A stretch of 64,000 nucleotides of DNA from Kiritimatiellia bacterium (GCA_050949565.1 JBMNFY010000011.1:1-64000), one strand, 5' to 3'; counted from the first letter of the stretch, positions 18,145 through 29,336 are shown. Numbers and translations: made by a program. Notes: generated by a model from the sequence alone, not told the origin.

Positions 18145-19580
18145 ATGGACTTTGAAGCGGTCATCGGATTGGAAATCCACGTCGAACTCAACTGCGCCAC
18201 GAAGCTGTTTTGTGACTGCCCGAACCGGCCCGGCGATGAGCCGAACGCCAACACCTGCCCGACCTGCCTCTGGATGCCGGGCGCCGCGCCGCGCCTGAGT
18301 CAGGCGGCTTTGGAGAAGGCGGCGCTACTCTGCCTGGGGCTCGGCGCGGAGCTGCAGCCGCTGAGTGCCTTTGACCAAAAGGTCTACTACTACCCCGATC
18401 TGCCCAAAGGCTACCAGCTTTCTCAAGCGCACCTGCCGTTGTCGCGCGGCGGCAGCATCACGGTCACCAACGAACAGGGCGAGGCGCGTACGCTGCGCAT
18501 CCACCACATCCACATGGAGGAGGACGTCGCCAAGCTGGTGCATGAGTTGGAAGGCCGTCAGCCGATCAGTCTGGTCGATTTCAACCGCGCCGGCGCACCG
18601 CTGGTGGAGATCGTCACCGAGCCGGACTTCCGCACGCCGTACGAGGCGATGGAGTTTCTCAAGGCACTGCGCACGCAAGTGCGCTACGTGGGGGCTTCGG
18701 AGTGCAGTATGGAAAACGGCACCATGCGCGTCGACGCCAACATCTCGGTGCGGCCGCGCGGCACCGAGCCAGATGAACACCAAGGTCGAGGTCAAGAACA
18801 TGAACTCGGTGCGCCATGTGGGCGACGCCATCGCCTTCGAGACCGCACGGCAAAGCGCGGCGGTGCAGGCCGGTGAGACGGTGGTGCAGCACACGCGGCT
18901 GTGGGATCCGGACAAAAAGGTGACGCTGCCGATGCGCGCCAAGTTCGAAGGCCCCTGCGTGCCCGATCCCTCGGTGCCGGCGATTGAGCTGACGCCCGCG
19001 TGGATCGAGTCCTTGCGGGCGCGCCTGCCGGAGATGCCGGCCGCCAAGGCCGAACGGCTGGTTAAGGAGCATGGCATCAGCGCCGAAGATGCGGCTTTCC
19101 TGAGCGCGGATACAGATGTGGCCGACTATTTTGAGGCGTTAACCGCACAGGGCGTGACCGACCAAGATGGCCCTGCACTGGACCGCCACGCAGGTATTGC
19201 CGGCGGTCAGGGAGCGCGGCCAAGAGATCAGTGCCTGCTCCGTGACACCGGAGCGACTGGCCGGCCTGCTGACCTTGCTGGCGCGTGATGAGATCAACGC
19301 CAACGCAGCGCGCGACGTGCTCGTGGCGCTCTTCGAGAGCGATGCGTCAGCCGAAACGATCGTCAACGAACGCGGATTCAGGCAAATCTCAGACACCGGC
19401 GAACTCGGCGCATTGATCGATCAGGTGCTGGCCGCAGAGCCGGCCGCGCTGGCGGATGTCCGCAACGGCGTCGGCAAAGCGATGGGTTTCTTGATCGGCC
19501 AGGTCATGCAAGCCTCGCAAGGCAAAGCCAATCCAAAACTGATCAAAGAATTGCTAGCCAAAAAACTGAAAACTTCATAA
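18145..19580 (+). pseudogene. gatB: GatB amidotransferase subunit with two +1 frameshifts (~18769, ~19162); possible sequencing errors
   Basis: VIGLEIHVEL, YPDLPKGYQ, HMEED, DFNRAG.PL.EIVTEP, KVEVKN.NS, GFLIGQVM....GKANP spread over three consecutive frames. Confidence 0.9.
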
Positions 19581-19590
19581 ATTAGGCCTC

Positions 19591-21539
19591 ATGGCTTGCG
19601 AATCAGATGTTGACATTGCGGTTCGGGCAAGGTCGTCTTCGCAACCTATGAGATTGTTCGCACGAAACACGCAGCGTGCGATTCAGCTTGAGGCTGTTGA
19701 ACTGGCTCATTGCCCCTTCTGCAAAAATAGTACGCCGACGGCGGCGCATGCTCCGCTCTCTCGTATCGACTGCCCCATTTGCGGCAAGCAGATACTGGTG
19801 CCGGGCCGTCTGGATGTTTTTCTGCTTCACGAGCACATCGGCGAAGGCGAGATGGGATCCATCTATCGTGCGACGGACGAAACGCTGGAGCGTGAAGTAG
19901 CCATCAAGCTGATACGCATCGGCCAAGCGGACAGTCCTGAATCGCGTGAGCGGCTCAAGCGCGAAGCCTGCGCCGCCGGTAAGCTCAACCATCCCCGCGT
20001 CGCGCAAGTCTACTCGCTAAATTTTGCTGGCGACCATCCCTATCTGGTGATGGAGCTGATCGCCGGCCTTGATCTCTCGGAAAAATTCAATCGCGAAGGC
20101 CCCTTGCCTGAGCGCGCCGCTTTACGGATAGCGCTGGACATTGCCGACGGGCTTTCAGCACTGCGCCGCGAGGGGCTGGTGCATGGCGATGTCAAACCGG
20201 CCAACATCGTCCTGGACCGTGACGGTAATGCCAAGCTGGTCGATTTCGGCCTCTCCGGCATGACCCGTTACGACAGCCAAGGCCACTTTATCGGCACACC
20301 GTATTTCATTGCGCCGGAGCTGCTGCAGGGCATTGTCGACACGCACCAGAGCGACCTCTACAGTTTGGGGGCCACCCTGTATTACCTACTTTCCGGAAAG
20401 CTCACGCACGAAGGAGAGACACATACCGACATCCTGAGGGCGCGCCTGACCCAAAAACCGACGCCGATTGACAAGCTCGTCCCCCACCTTTCGCCCGCGA
20501 CATGTAGCTTGGTCATGCACTTGATCGAGTTTTCTCCCCCCAAGCGTCCGGCCAACAGCGAAATCGTGGTCGCTGAGATCCGCGAAGCGCTTGCCCTCCT
20601 GGAGAACCCGCCGAAGCCCGTCACGCCCCCGCAGCGTCGCCGCAAGCACCGTGTTTCGTCGCGGTTGAGACCGTTTCAAATGAATTGGCGTCGGACACAG
20701 ACCCGGCGGTACCGGTACCACCGCGTGTTCGTCTGGCTGTTCGTCACCGCTGCTTCTGCCGGAATCATTGCGTTCGTTACGTTTCACCCGTTATGCGAGC
20801 CGCACAGGACACACCTCCGCCAAGCCTTCGACCAGCGCGACAAGGTCGTAGAAGCTGTTTCCGTCTGGATGCAAGATGCCGTCAGCCGCATCCACTCCCC
20901 CATCGAACGCAACCAACAGCCACAGCCTCCGGTTTGCGCGTCAGACACCCCGCCGAAAGTAGCCTTCACCGCCGAGGATGGCAGAACTTGGTTCACGATG
21001 GCGTTCGGCTCGTCACCGCAAAGCGGTAGCGCGATTTACACGGGCGGCACGCTTGTCCTGCAAGGGCAAGGCACCGCGATGTGGGAGGGGCCGGACTGCT
21101 GCCGCTATGTCTGGTGCCGGGCAGTGGGCACTTATCACTTTTCCGCTTCGCTGCTGACGTATGCGGACCAAGACCCCTCGCAATGACCGGACTGATGATA
21201 AAAGACGCCAGCCCGGCACAAAGTGACGGCTTGTTTTTCGGGGTCCTGGGGTGCGGCGACCTCGTGCTCCAACTCCGTCGAGCGAATGGCGAAAGGCTTG
21301 TGCTCCGGCGCGAGTCGCAGCACGTTTCCCCGTGGCGTTATCTGGGCATCAACCGGACGGGTGACACGTTTGCGGCACACGTCTCGGAGGATGGACGGTA
21401 TTGGTCCCCCTTCATGACATGCACGCTGCCGCTCGCGAGCACCAACTCGGTTGGTTTCGTGGTCTCATCCAATTGCGCTCAAGCCCTATCAATCGCAAAG
21501 TTTACGTCTATGCGGCTGATAGAGAATCCCGCCCCTTGA
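19591..21539 (+). CDS. Zn-ribbon Ser/Thr protein kinase with TM and C-terminal beta-sandwich; frameshift at C-run ~21174-21177
   Basis: CPFC/CPIC, IGEGEMG, VAIK, HGDVKPAN, DFG, GTPYFIAPE; TM VFVWLFV...; the C-terminal domain continues as AMTGLMIK in another frame. Confidence 0.85.
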
Positions 21540-21679
21540 ACAGCCTTTGCACTCTGGAGTCCCCGACAGTTCCGTCCTCTGTCCCGTGCAGGCAAGCGCG
21601 TTCGCTTGCCTGCGGACGAACAGACGCTCGTCCCGGCTGCCGCCCTATTCCCCACACAGCCTTTTTGCCAGAAACGCTT

Positions 21680-22777
21680 TTACCAGTCTGCCGGAAAATC
21701 GACGAAATACCCTGCGATCCGTTTCGAGTTGGGGCGGATTTCGTAGTCAACCACCAGCCGCTGGTTCGGCCCTGTCGGCACCGAGACCGCGTAGCTTCCG
21801 TCGGGAATGCGCGATTGATCCGCATTGTAAAGGTAGCAGGGCAAGCGACTGTCAACGTTCCACTTCAGGTAGGCGGGATCGTCCGTTTTGGCCGCCGAAA
21901 CGGAAACCATGCGGCGATCAGGATAGATCACGGTCGGCGTCTTGTTGGCACCTTGCAAAAAAATCTGGCCGGGAGCGAACATACCGGTGGTCAGGTTGGT
22001 GGACTTGGGCGTTGACCAAGTCAAGCCGCCGTCGCGGCTCTCCGAAAAGCACAGGGCCGCGGGTTCGCTGTGGTTGGCATTCCGCATGATCGCCAACAGA
22101 TGACCGGGGGCTTTTTCAACCAGATCCCATTCATCACCGGTGAAATCGGGCGACTCTGGAATACGAACCGTCGTCCAAGTTTTACCGAGGTCTTTCGAGA
22201 TCGCGGCGACAGCACCGTTTTTCGGCGCGATGTAAAAAGGCCAGACAATTGATCCGTCCTGAAGCACGACCGCCGCCGATTTCGACTGGCTATTCGGCAC
22301 CGGTCCGACTTGCGGCGTCCCCCAGGTTTTCCCGCCGTCAGCGGAGCGGATGGACATCACCTGCGACACCATCTTGTTACTGATTCGCGCGTAGGTGTTG
22401 TATGTCACCAACAGTTCCCGGTTCGGCAACTCGACGATCGCCACGTTCCGGTCATCGACACCCGGTTCATCAACAATCACTGTCGCGGGCGACCACGTTT
22501 TCCCTCGGTCGGAGCTCTTTGTGATCATCGCTCTTCCCGCAGCAGAAAAACCGTGTTCCGTCCCGTCGCGAAACACGCAGTATAGCGTGCCGTCAGCTCC
22601 GGCGGTGATCCAAGGCCAACCGGGATATGTCCCTTCATAGATCACAACATCAGGCTTCGACTTGATGGGCGTCTTGTCTGCGGCCAAGCAAACGGATGCA
22701 ACACAGGAGAGACCGATTGCCGCGACCCAAACGCCAGCAACAAACCTGTTGGTCATTTTCATTTTATCAGATGTCAT
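21680..22777 (-). CDS. Secreted BNR/Asp-box (sialidase-like) protein
   Basis: Asp boxes SSDRGKTW, SADGGKTW, SKDLGKTW, SRDGGLTW; signal peptide; GAAGGA RBS. Confidence 0.88.
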   Translation of the reverse strand: MTSDKMKMTNRFVAGVWVAAIGLSCVASVCLAADKTPIKSKPDVVIYEGTYPGWPWITAGADGTLYCVFRDGTEHGFSAAGRAMITKSSDRGKTWSPATVIVDEPGVDDRNVAIVELPNRELLVTYNTYARISNKMVSQVMSIRSADGGKTWGTPQVGPVPNSQSKSAAVVLQDGSIVWPFYIAPKNGAVAAISKDLGKTWTTVRIPESPDFTGDEWDLVEKAPGHLLAIMRNANHSEPAALCFSESRDGGLTWSTPKSTNLTTGMFAPGQIFLQGANKTPTVIYPDRRMVSVSAAKTDDPAYLKWNVDSRLPCYLYNADQSRIPDGSYAVSVPTGPNQRLVVDYEIRPNSKRIAGYFVDFPADW

Positions 22778-22806
22778 GTGAGATTCCTTCCTAAACAACT
22801 TCCGTT

Positions 22807-25800
22807 TCATTTCACGATCACCACCGTTCCCGCCGCGAATCCCTTGAGCAGCACAACATTGTCCGTACCCGACGGCGGCACCGCCAGACTGAAATCGAAC
22901 GTCTTCGCCGGGTAGTCGCCGATACACGTCCACGCCGTCAAGAGCCGGTCGAGCCCTTCGATCGCGCCATACGTGATAAGCGGCGCGGCGAATCCCTGCC
23001 CCAGACCGACAGGTTCTTTCAACGTCACCGTGCCGCCTCCCGCGACGGTCAGCGTTTCCGTCACGTTCAGTGACCCGCACAGCGGCCGGGCATAATGCGC
23101 AACGATCTCAGCGCCGTCCGCCAGCACCAACCCGCCCTTCACAGCCAGTGTTCCCGGCTGCCCGTTCACGCCAGGCGTCACGCGTTCCGTCACCACAAGC
23201 GTACCATTGGACACGCAACCGTCGCCGCCAATCTCCGCGACGGTCACCGTCTGCCCGCCCAAATTCAGCACACTGCCGGCCTCGACAACCCACTCGACCG
23301 CCGCGAAGCTTCCTGCCGCGAGCGTCACCGTACTGCCGTTTTTCAGGACCACGCGACCGGAGAATTCTTCCGCATCGCTCAGGATGGTCACCGTTGCCGC
23401 ATCGATCACCACCTCACCATCGCCCCGGATCGCCGTGATGGTACCATCGTTACCGTCCACATTCGTCACTTGCAGCGGGACCGTCCCGTAAGCGACAACG
23501 ACCGCTTGCGTATCTGCGCAAACCGCCCGAGGCGAACGACGACCCAACCACTTGTTCATCAGGTAGTCTTCCGTCGCCTCGCACTCGGCATCACTGAGCG
23601 CGTTCGTGTAGATGATGACCTCGCCCAATTCCATGCCGCTCCAGTTCTGCGAGGTTGCTGTAGTTCGGTCTCCCGCCAGCATGTCGGCAGCCGTGTCGCC
23701 TGTGGTCACGATCGAGGCAACCTGATAGTCCCACTTCGGCACGCTGGCCGCGTGACGTCGTTCGCCGTCGATGAAGATCGTGCCGTTCCGAACCGCCGTC
23801 GAAGCCAGCCCCGTATTAAAGAGCGACGAGTTGCCGTAGAGCGTTCCCCAACTTCCCCGGATGAAATCACTCACTCTGGTCGTGTCGCCCAATAGCCAGC
23901 CGCCGCCCTCCGCTGCGCCCTTGTCTTTGAACATCCAGAACACGGTCCGGATATTCGTCAGGCGCGGCGACCACTTGAAGGCGCGCCGACGTCCACGATA
24001 CTCGAAATCGATGACCGGCAGACCGTTCACCGCATTCGTTTTGTACATCGGAACCCACGAAGTAGGCCCGTAGGCACTCTCCGCTTTTACACCTCCGACC
24101 TGATCTTCCCAGTACTGAGCGTACTGCGTTGAGAAAAACGTGATGCTAGATTTTATCGATGCGTCGAAGCGCATCGCCGCCCCTGCAGCCGGAACCGTAG
24201 GCGCGTCTCCTGCGGCATCGCGTGACACCTTCACGCCGTCCGTCACCGCTGGCAATATGACATCAAGCGCGTTGGGATTCACGACCTCCGTCACGATGAC
24301 CGGCGTAGCGCCGCCGACCGTCAACGTGCCCGCGCCCGTCGCCCTGCCGATCCGCACCACCGCATTCCCCTCTGTCTCCACCTCGGCCGTACCGTTCACA
24401 GCGACCTCCGGCAGGTCACACGATCCGGTTGCGTCCGCGTATCCTGGCAACTGTCGTCCGAACCACTTCCACGTCAGATACGCCTCCACATCGCGCCGCT
24501 CGTCCTCTGTCAGCGTGACATCGTAAAGAAGCACCTCCGCCATCTGCATGCCCCCCGAATACTGATAGGAGTCCGGTGTGTTATCGAAATCACTCCCTCC
24601 CAAAGCCGAGACGCGTCCACCCCAACCCTGCATCACGGCAGAAACCAACATCAACCGATCGGTCGGGATGGGTGTCGAGGTCGCCCGAATCGGGAGGCCG
24701 TCCAAATACCAAGCGCCGTATGTGGAGGTTCTGACTGCGCCATTGAGCATCGGCGCACCTCCGTTGCGCCGAAAATCGTTCACGCGGAATTCGTTGTGGC
24801 CGTCATAGCCTTCTTTCAGGCTACCCAACGGCATAGCGCCATTGGTCTTGCACAGCCACACCACGAACGCACTGCGCACCATCAGATTAGACAGGGTCAT
24901 CAGGCAACACCCCGCGTCGCGTTCCCCCAAATCAACCATCCAACGCCCCTGCTCATCCTGCATGCGCACGGGCTTGACGCTTCCAGTCGTCACGGTCTGC
25001 ACACTGCCGCCGCCACGGTTACGCCAAGTGTTGACCACTGCGCCATCGCCAAAGATAAAATCCTCCTCACGGGAAGCGTCCAGCCACAGGATATTGCCCT
25101 CCAGCGCAGGCGCGGGAGGAATCTTGCGTGCCTTAAGAACGACCTTGGCGCCATCTTCCAGCGTCAGTTTGGGCAACGCCTCGTCTGCCTTCACCTTCAC
25201 CGTTGAACCGGCCATGACCGCGAGGTTGCCGCCATGCGTCACGTACCGCGCTTCGATCGGCTGCGCACCGGCTTGGCCGATCCGTGCATTCGCGCCGGAG
25301 GCGGTAGTCAGAAGATCGACCTTGCCCGCACCATATCCCGGCGTGTCGCGACCGAACCATTTCTTGTGCAGGTAGGCTTGCGTGTCCTGAATCTGTTGTG
25401 TGGTCAGCGCGTTCGTGTAGACGATCACCTCGCAGAGCCGTTGCCCGCCTTGATACCTGTCGGGCTGGCCGTTCACGCGTCCGAAAGCCGACGCCCTGAA
25501 ATCTCTGGAACCGTCAAGTGTGGTGGCCACCATGTCGTAGTCGCCCGAGAGCCCGGCACCGGACATTGTGACCACCTGCCCGTTGACCCACAAATTCTCT
25601 CCTGACTTCTCAATGATGCCGATCAGCCCGTTTTCGCGGCTGACATAATCGTTGCCTCCCCTCAGCGCATCGAAACCGCGGATGAAATTACCCGCCGTAC
25701 CCGCCGGGCTGCGCCCCAGCAGGCTGCCTCCGCCCTCCTGACTGCCGATGACCCAGAAAACAGCTTGGATACCCGCGATCTCTTCGCTCCACTGCAGGCA

Positions 25801-26025
25801 GCGAGTCGCGCCTTGCGCGCCGAAATCCACCGTCGGCAAGCCGTTCAGCGCGTTGGTCAGATAGACCGGCGCATCGAGCCAGGTGGTGGCGTATGGATAG
25901 CCGTTGCCGCGCGTGTCATTCCACCGGGTGATGTTCCCGTCGCCGTCTTTGGTCAACGAATCCGCATCGCTCGCGTCCACCCAGAACGCCGCATCAGGCG
26001 CGGGCACCGTCGGGATCTGCGCATG
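22807..26025 (-). pseudogene. 5'-truncated large extracellular protein with three repeated lectin-like domains and a GTVVIVK C-terminus
   Basis: Three repeats (W/F).DAS...W...E(V)(I/L)(V/L/I)Y...L(T/S)......YL..KW(F/L)GR; no signal peptide or credible start before it meets the AraC gene. Confidence 0.7.
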
Positions 26026-26889
26026 ATCGCCCTGGAAAAAGAGGGCGTGCCTGGAATCGTCATGCTGGGGCACTCCCACTTCAGTTATCACAGCCCGCCA
26101 GCGGTGGAGCACGTCCACGAGGGCTGTGTCGAAATTGTACTGTGCCAGCGCGGTGCCTTGACCTTCAAGAAAAACAACAGGTTCTACCACCTGATGCCGG
26201 GCGACATCATCATCAACCGACCCTGGGAGAAACACTGCCTGTTTAGTCACCCCAGGAGTCTTTCGACCTTTTGGCTGTTGGCGCGCGTGCAACCCGCCTC
26301 CGCGCCGTTGTTGAATTTGCCGGAGAAGGAAAGCCGCACGTTGAAAAAGGCTTTGCTGACACTCTCCCCGCAAGTACGCCGGGACGACGGCAGGGTGCGC
26401 CAAGCGTTCGTGCGCCTGCTCAAATACTACGACTCGCGCAAGAGCGACAAACGCCTGCTGGGATTACTCGGAACCAGCCTGCATCTGCTCATGGCCACGA
26501 TTGAGACAGCCAGCCATAATCATTCGTTGTCGCTTTCAAACCGCATCAAACAGGTGATTTCAGAAATGCGCCGTAACCCGGGTGCCAACTACGTGATCGA
26601 CGACATGGCGCATGAGGCCAATCTTTCTCCCGGTCACTTCATGTCGCGCTTCAAGCAGATCGTCGGCGTACCGCCGTATCAGTTCTTGCTTGAATGCCGA
26701 ATCAACAGCGCGAAAGAGCAGTTGCGTGCAACCCAGCGCAACATCACCGATATCGCCATGTCGTTGGGCTACTCGTCTTCCCAACACTTTGCGAGCGCCT
26801 TCAAACGCGCAACCGGGATGACCCCCTCCGCATGGCGCGCCAAGTTCCGCAGCGACGCGGAATTAACAGACGGGAGTTTTTATGTGTAA
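26023..26889 (+). CDS. AraC family transcriptional regulator (cupin + HTH)
   Basis: H.H....EI cupin; LSPGHF...FKQ..G.PP; ITDIAMSLGYSSSQHFASAFKRATGMTP. Confidence 0.92.
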   Translation: MIALEKEGVPGIVMLGHSHFSYHSPPAVEHVHEGCVEIVLCQRGALTFKKNNRFYHLMPGDIIINRPWEKHCLFSHPRSLSTFWLLARVQPASAPLLNLPEKESRTLKKALLTLSPQVRRDDGRVRQAFVRLLKYYDSRKSDKRLLGLLGTSLHLLMATIETASHNHSLSLSNRIKQVISEMRRNPGANYVIDDMAHEANLSPGHFMSRFKQIVGVPPYQFLLECRINSAKEQLRATQRNITDIAMSLGYSSSQHFASAFKRATGMTPSAWRAKFRSDAELTDGSFYV

Positions 26890-28501
26890 GGCTTTGAAGT
26901 CGTATCTTGTGCGCGAGTTGTTATTTGGTTGTGTGGTTGCGGGCATGTTCGCGATCGCGCACGCTGAGTCGCCCCAACTCACGGCGGAGACGCTGCCGGC
27001 AGCGCGGCGTGAGGCTGCCGCGCGCAAGCGCCGCGTCATCATGAACAACGACGGCAACGACTCGCGTACGGCACCCAGCAAAGACCGGGCCGGTTTCTTG
27101 CAATCGCGCTCGGTGCCGCTGGCCGGTTCGCAGGTCGATGCCATTTTCTACTGCACCGGCATCTGGGGAACCTTCACCCACAAAAGCGCGACGGCGGAAC
27201 TGCGGGTCGGTTCGGACCAAGGCTATCAGGAGTGGGCCGCGCATCTGGCGGATGACGGCGGCCCGGATGCACTGGGAACGATTGTGGATTTCGGACACCG
27301 GCACGGCATGGAGGTGTTCTGGTCCTTGCGCATGAACGACACGCACGACGCGGGCGATCCGACCATGATGAGCGCATGGAAAAAGGCGAACCCGGAGTGT
27401 CTGGCGGGGAAGTGGGAGGATCGCGGTACATACTGCGGCGGCGGCAAACGCTGGTCGGCGGTCAACTACACGCATCCGCTGGTGCGCGACCGCACGGTGG
27501 GATGGTTCGGCGAGGTAGCGGAGAATTACGACGTGGACGGCGTGGAGTTGGATTTCTTCCGGCATCCGGTCTTCTTCGCCTCCACGCTACACGGGCGTGA
27601 CGCCACTACGGAAGAGTGCGAGGCCATGAGTTCGGTCGTCAGGCGTATACGCGCGGCAATTGACGCACAGGCGCTCCGTCGCGGCCGTCCTGTGCTGCTG
27701 GCTATCCGCGTGCCAGACTCGGCCGGCTATTGTCGCGCTCTGGGACTGGACGTGGAGCAATGGCTGAAAGAGGGCCTGGTGGACCTGATGACTGTGAGCG
27801 GATATTTCCGCCTGAACCCGTGGCAGGTCAGCGTGGAACTCGGACGCAAGTACGGGGTTCCGGTGTATGCGGGCCTGAGTGAGTCGCGCTTTCGGGACAA
27901 CGAAATCCGAGCATTGCGTCAGTCGGCCGCAGGCTACCGCGGACGGGCGGCCGAGGCTTGGGCGGCGGGAGCGGCGGGTATGTACACCTTCAACCTTTTC
28001 AATCCCAAGTCGCCGGTGTTCCGCGAAATCGGCGATCCGGTGGCCTTGGCCAGCATGGATAAGGTCATGACCACCGGCGCCCGGTCGGTCAGCGGCGCGC
28101 GCAGTTGGATGCATGACGGCTTGCGTTTCCTGAACCGTCCCTATCCGTTGCCAGAGCGCCCCCGCAAGCTGAGTCCGGGCCGGACGGAAAAGGTGGTGCT
28201 CCCCGTGTCCGATCGGTTGGATGCGGACAAGGTCACGGTGACTGCGGCCCTGCGAGTCACAGGCATTGAAGATGCGGCGGTGCTGACGGTGAGCGTGAAT
28301 GGGAAAACGTTGGAAGGCGGCAAGATGAAGGACAAGTGGGTGGAGTATCCCGTGGCCGTCGGCGATCTGCGTCAGGGTGACAACCGGATTGCTGTTGTGC
28401 TTGATGCGGGCCAAAAAGCGAATGCGGAGCTTCTCGACCTGCTGCTCTGGATTCGCTATCCCCCGGCACCGCAGTCCGCCAAATCAAAAACTCAACATTG
28501 A
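26882..28501 (+). CDS. Secreted glycoside-hydrolase-like TIM-barrel protein (GHL10/DUF187-like)
   Basis: Signal peptide; IMNNDGND, SLRMNDTHD, YDVDGVELDFFRHP, G.Y.FN. Confidence 0.8.
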   Translation: MCKALKSYLVRELLFGCVVAGMFAIAHAESPQLTAETLPAARREAAARKRRVIMNNDGNDSRTAPSKDRAGFLQSRSVPLAGSQVDAIFYCTGIWGTFTHKSATAELRVGSDQGYQEWAAHLADDGGPDALGTIVDFGHRHGMEVFWSLRMNDTHDAGDPTMMSAWKKANPECLAGKWEDRGTYCGGGKRWSAVNYTHPLVRDRTVGWFGEVAENYDVDGVELDFFRHPVFFASTLHGRDATTEECEAMSSVVRRIRAAIDAQALRRGRPVLLAIRVPDSAGYCRALGLDVEQWLKEGLVDLMTVSGYFRLNPWQVSVELGRKYGVPVYAGLSESRFRDNEIRALRQSAAGYRGRAAEAWAAGAAGMYTFNLFNPKSPVFREIGDPVALASMDKVMTTGARSVSGARSWMHDGLRFLNRPYPLPERPRKLSPGRTEKVVLPVSDRLDADKVTVTAALRVTGIEDAAVLTVSVNGKTLEGGKMKDKWVEYPVAVGDLRQGDNRIAVVLDAGQKANAELLDLLLWIRYPPAPQSAKSKTQH

Positions 28502-28527
28502 CCCGAAGCGGTAAAAAGCCCTATACT
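28498..28527 (+). promoter_or_regulatory. Sigma70-like promoter for rpoZ-smpB-tatA
   Basis: TTGACC-18 nt-TATACT. Confidence 0.6.
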
Positions 28528-28555
28528 GCTTTGTTTAACCATTGGAGGCGTTTTC

Positions 28556-28798
28556 GTGAATGTTGAACTGATTGAAAGAGCGCGAGCCCGGATCCCTAGT
28601 GTTCCGGTTCTCGTGAATATGGTTTCCAAACGTGTCCGTCAGCTCAATATGGGCGAACGGCCCTACGTGAAGCCGCTCTCGATCGACGAGGATAAGGCGG
28701 ACATCGCCCTGCGTGAGATCGCAGAGGGCCTGCTGATTGCTGAAGTTGATTTCAGCGCGATTGCCCGGGCTGAAGCGGCGCACTCACGGTGGTCTTAA
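28556..28798 (+). CDS. rpoZ: RNA polymerase omega subunit
   Basis: LVNMVSKRVRQL..G..P, IALREIAEG; GGAGG RBS, GTG start. Confidence 0.9.
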   Translation: MNVELIERARARIPSVPVLVNMVSKRVRQLNMGERPYVKPLSIDEDKADIALREIAEGLLIAEVDFSAIARAEAAHSRWS

Positions 28799-28834
28799 GC
28801 GCCGCCCTGACGGCGGCTTGAGCGTGGACCGGGC

Positions 28835-29317
28835 ATGAGCGAGAAGGACAAAAAAAGGAGCGGCGGCAATCTGGCGGTCAACCGCAGGGCGACGCACGAC
28901 TATTTTGTCCTAGATCGGCTAGAGGCGGGTATCGAGTTGGTCGGCACTGAAGTCAAGGTCGTGCGGAACGGCGAAGCGAGTTTAACAGGCTCCTACGCCC
29001 AAGTGAAAGACGGCCAGCTTTTCCTGAACCAAGTGCGGATACCTCCCTACGCATTCGGCAACCGGTTTAATCACGACTCGCTGCGAACCCGCCGCCTGCT
29101 GGTTCACAAGAGCGAGGTCCGCAAATTGCAGGCGATGACAGAACAGAAAGGCCTTTCACTGATCCCGTTGCGGCTCTATCTGTCGCCCAAAGGGCTGGTG
29201 AAAGTGGAATTGGGCATTTGCCGTGGCAAGGCCCGCGAGGACAAACGCGAAACGATTAAACGCCGCGAGGCGGATCTCGAGGCGCGGCGTGCGATTTCGC
29301 AGCAGTACAGAGGTTGA
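28835..29317 (+). CDS. smpB: SsrA-binding protein
   Basis: NRRA.HDY, EAGIEL.GTEVK, R.RRLL.HK.E, GK...DKR..IK. Confidence 0.97.
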   Translation: MSEKDKKRSGGNLAVNRRATHDYFVLDRLEAGIELVGTEVKVVRNGEASLTGSYAQVKDGQLFLNQVRIPPYAFGNRFNHDSLRTRRLLVHKSEVRKLQAMTEQKGLSLIPLRLYLSPKGLVKVELGICRGKAREDKRETIKRREADLEARRAISQQYRG

Positions 29318-29336
29318 GTTTAAGGAGGTTGAGACT

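Noticed and set aside
26026-26403. N-terminal 126 aa of the 1198-aa minus-strand ORF
   Set aside because: Antisense shadow of the AraC cupin domain
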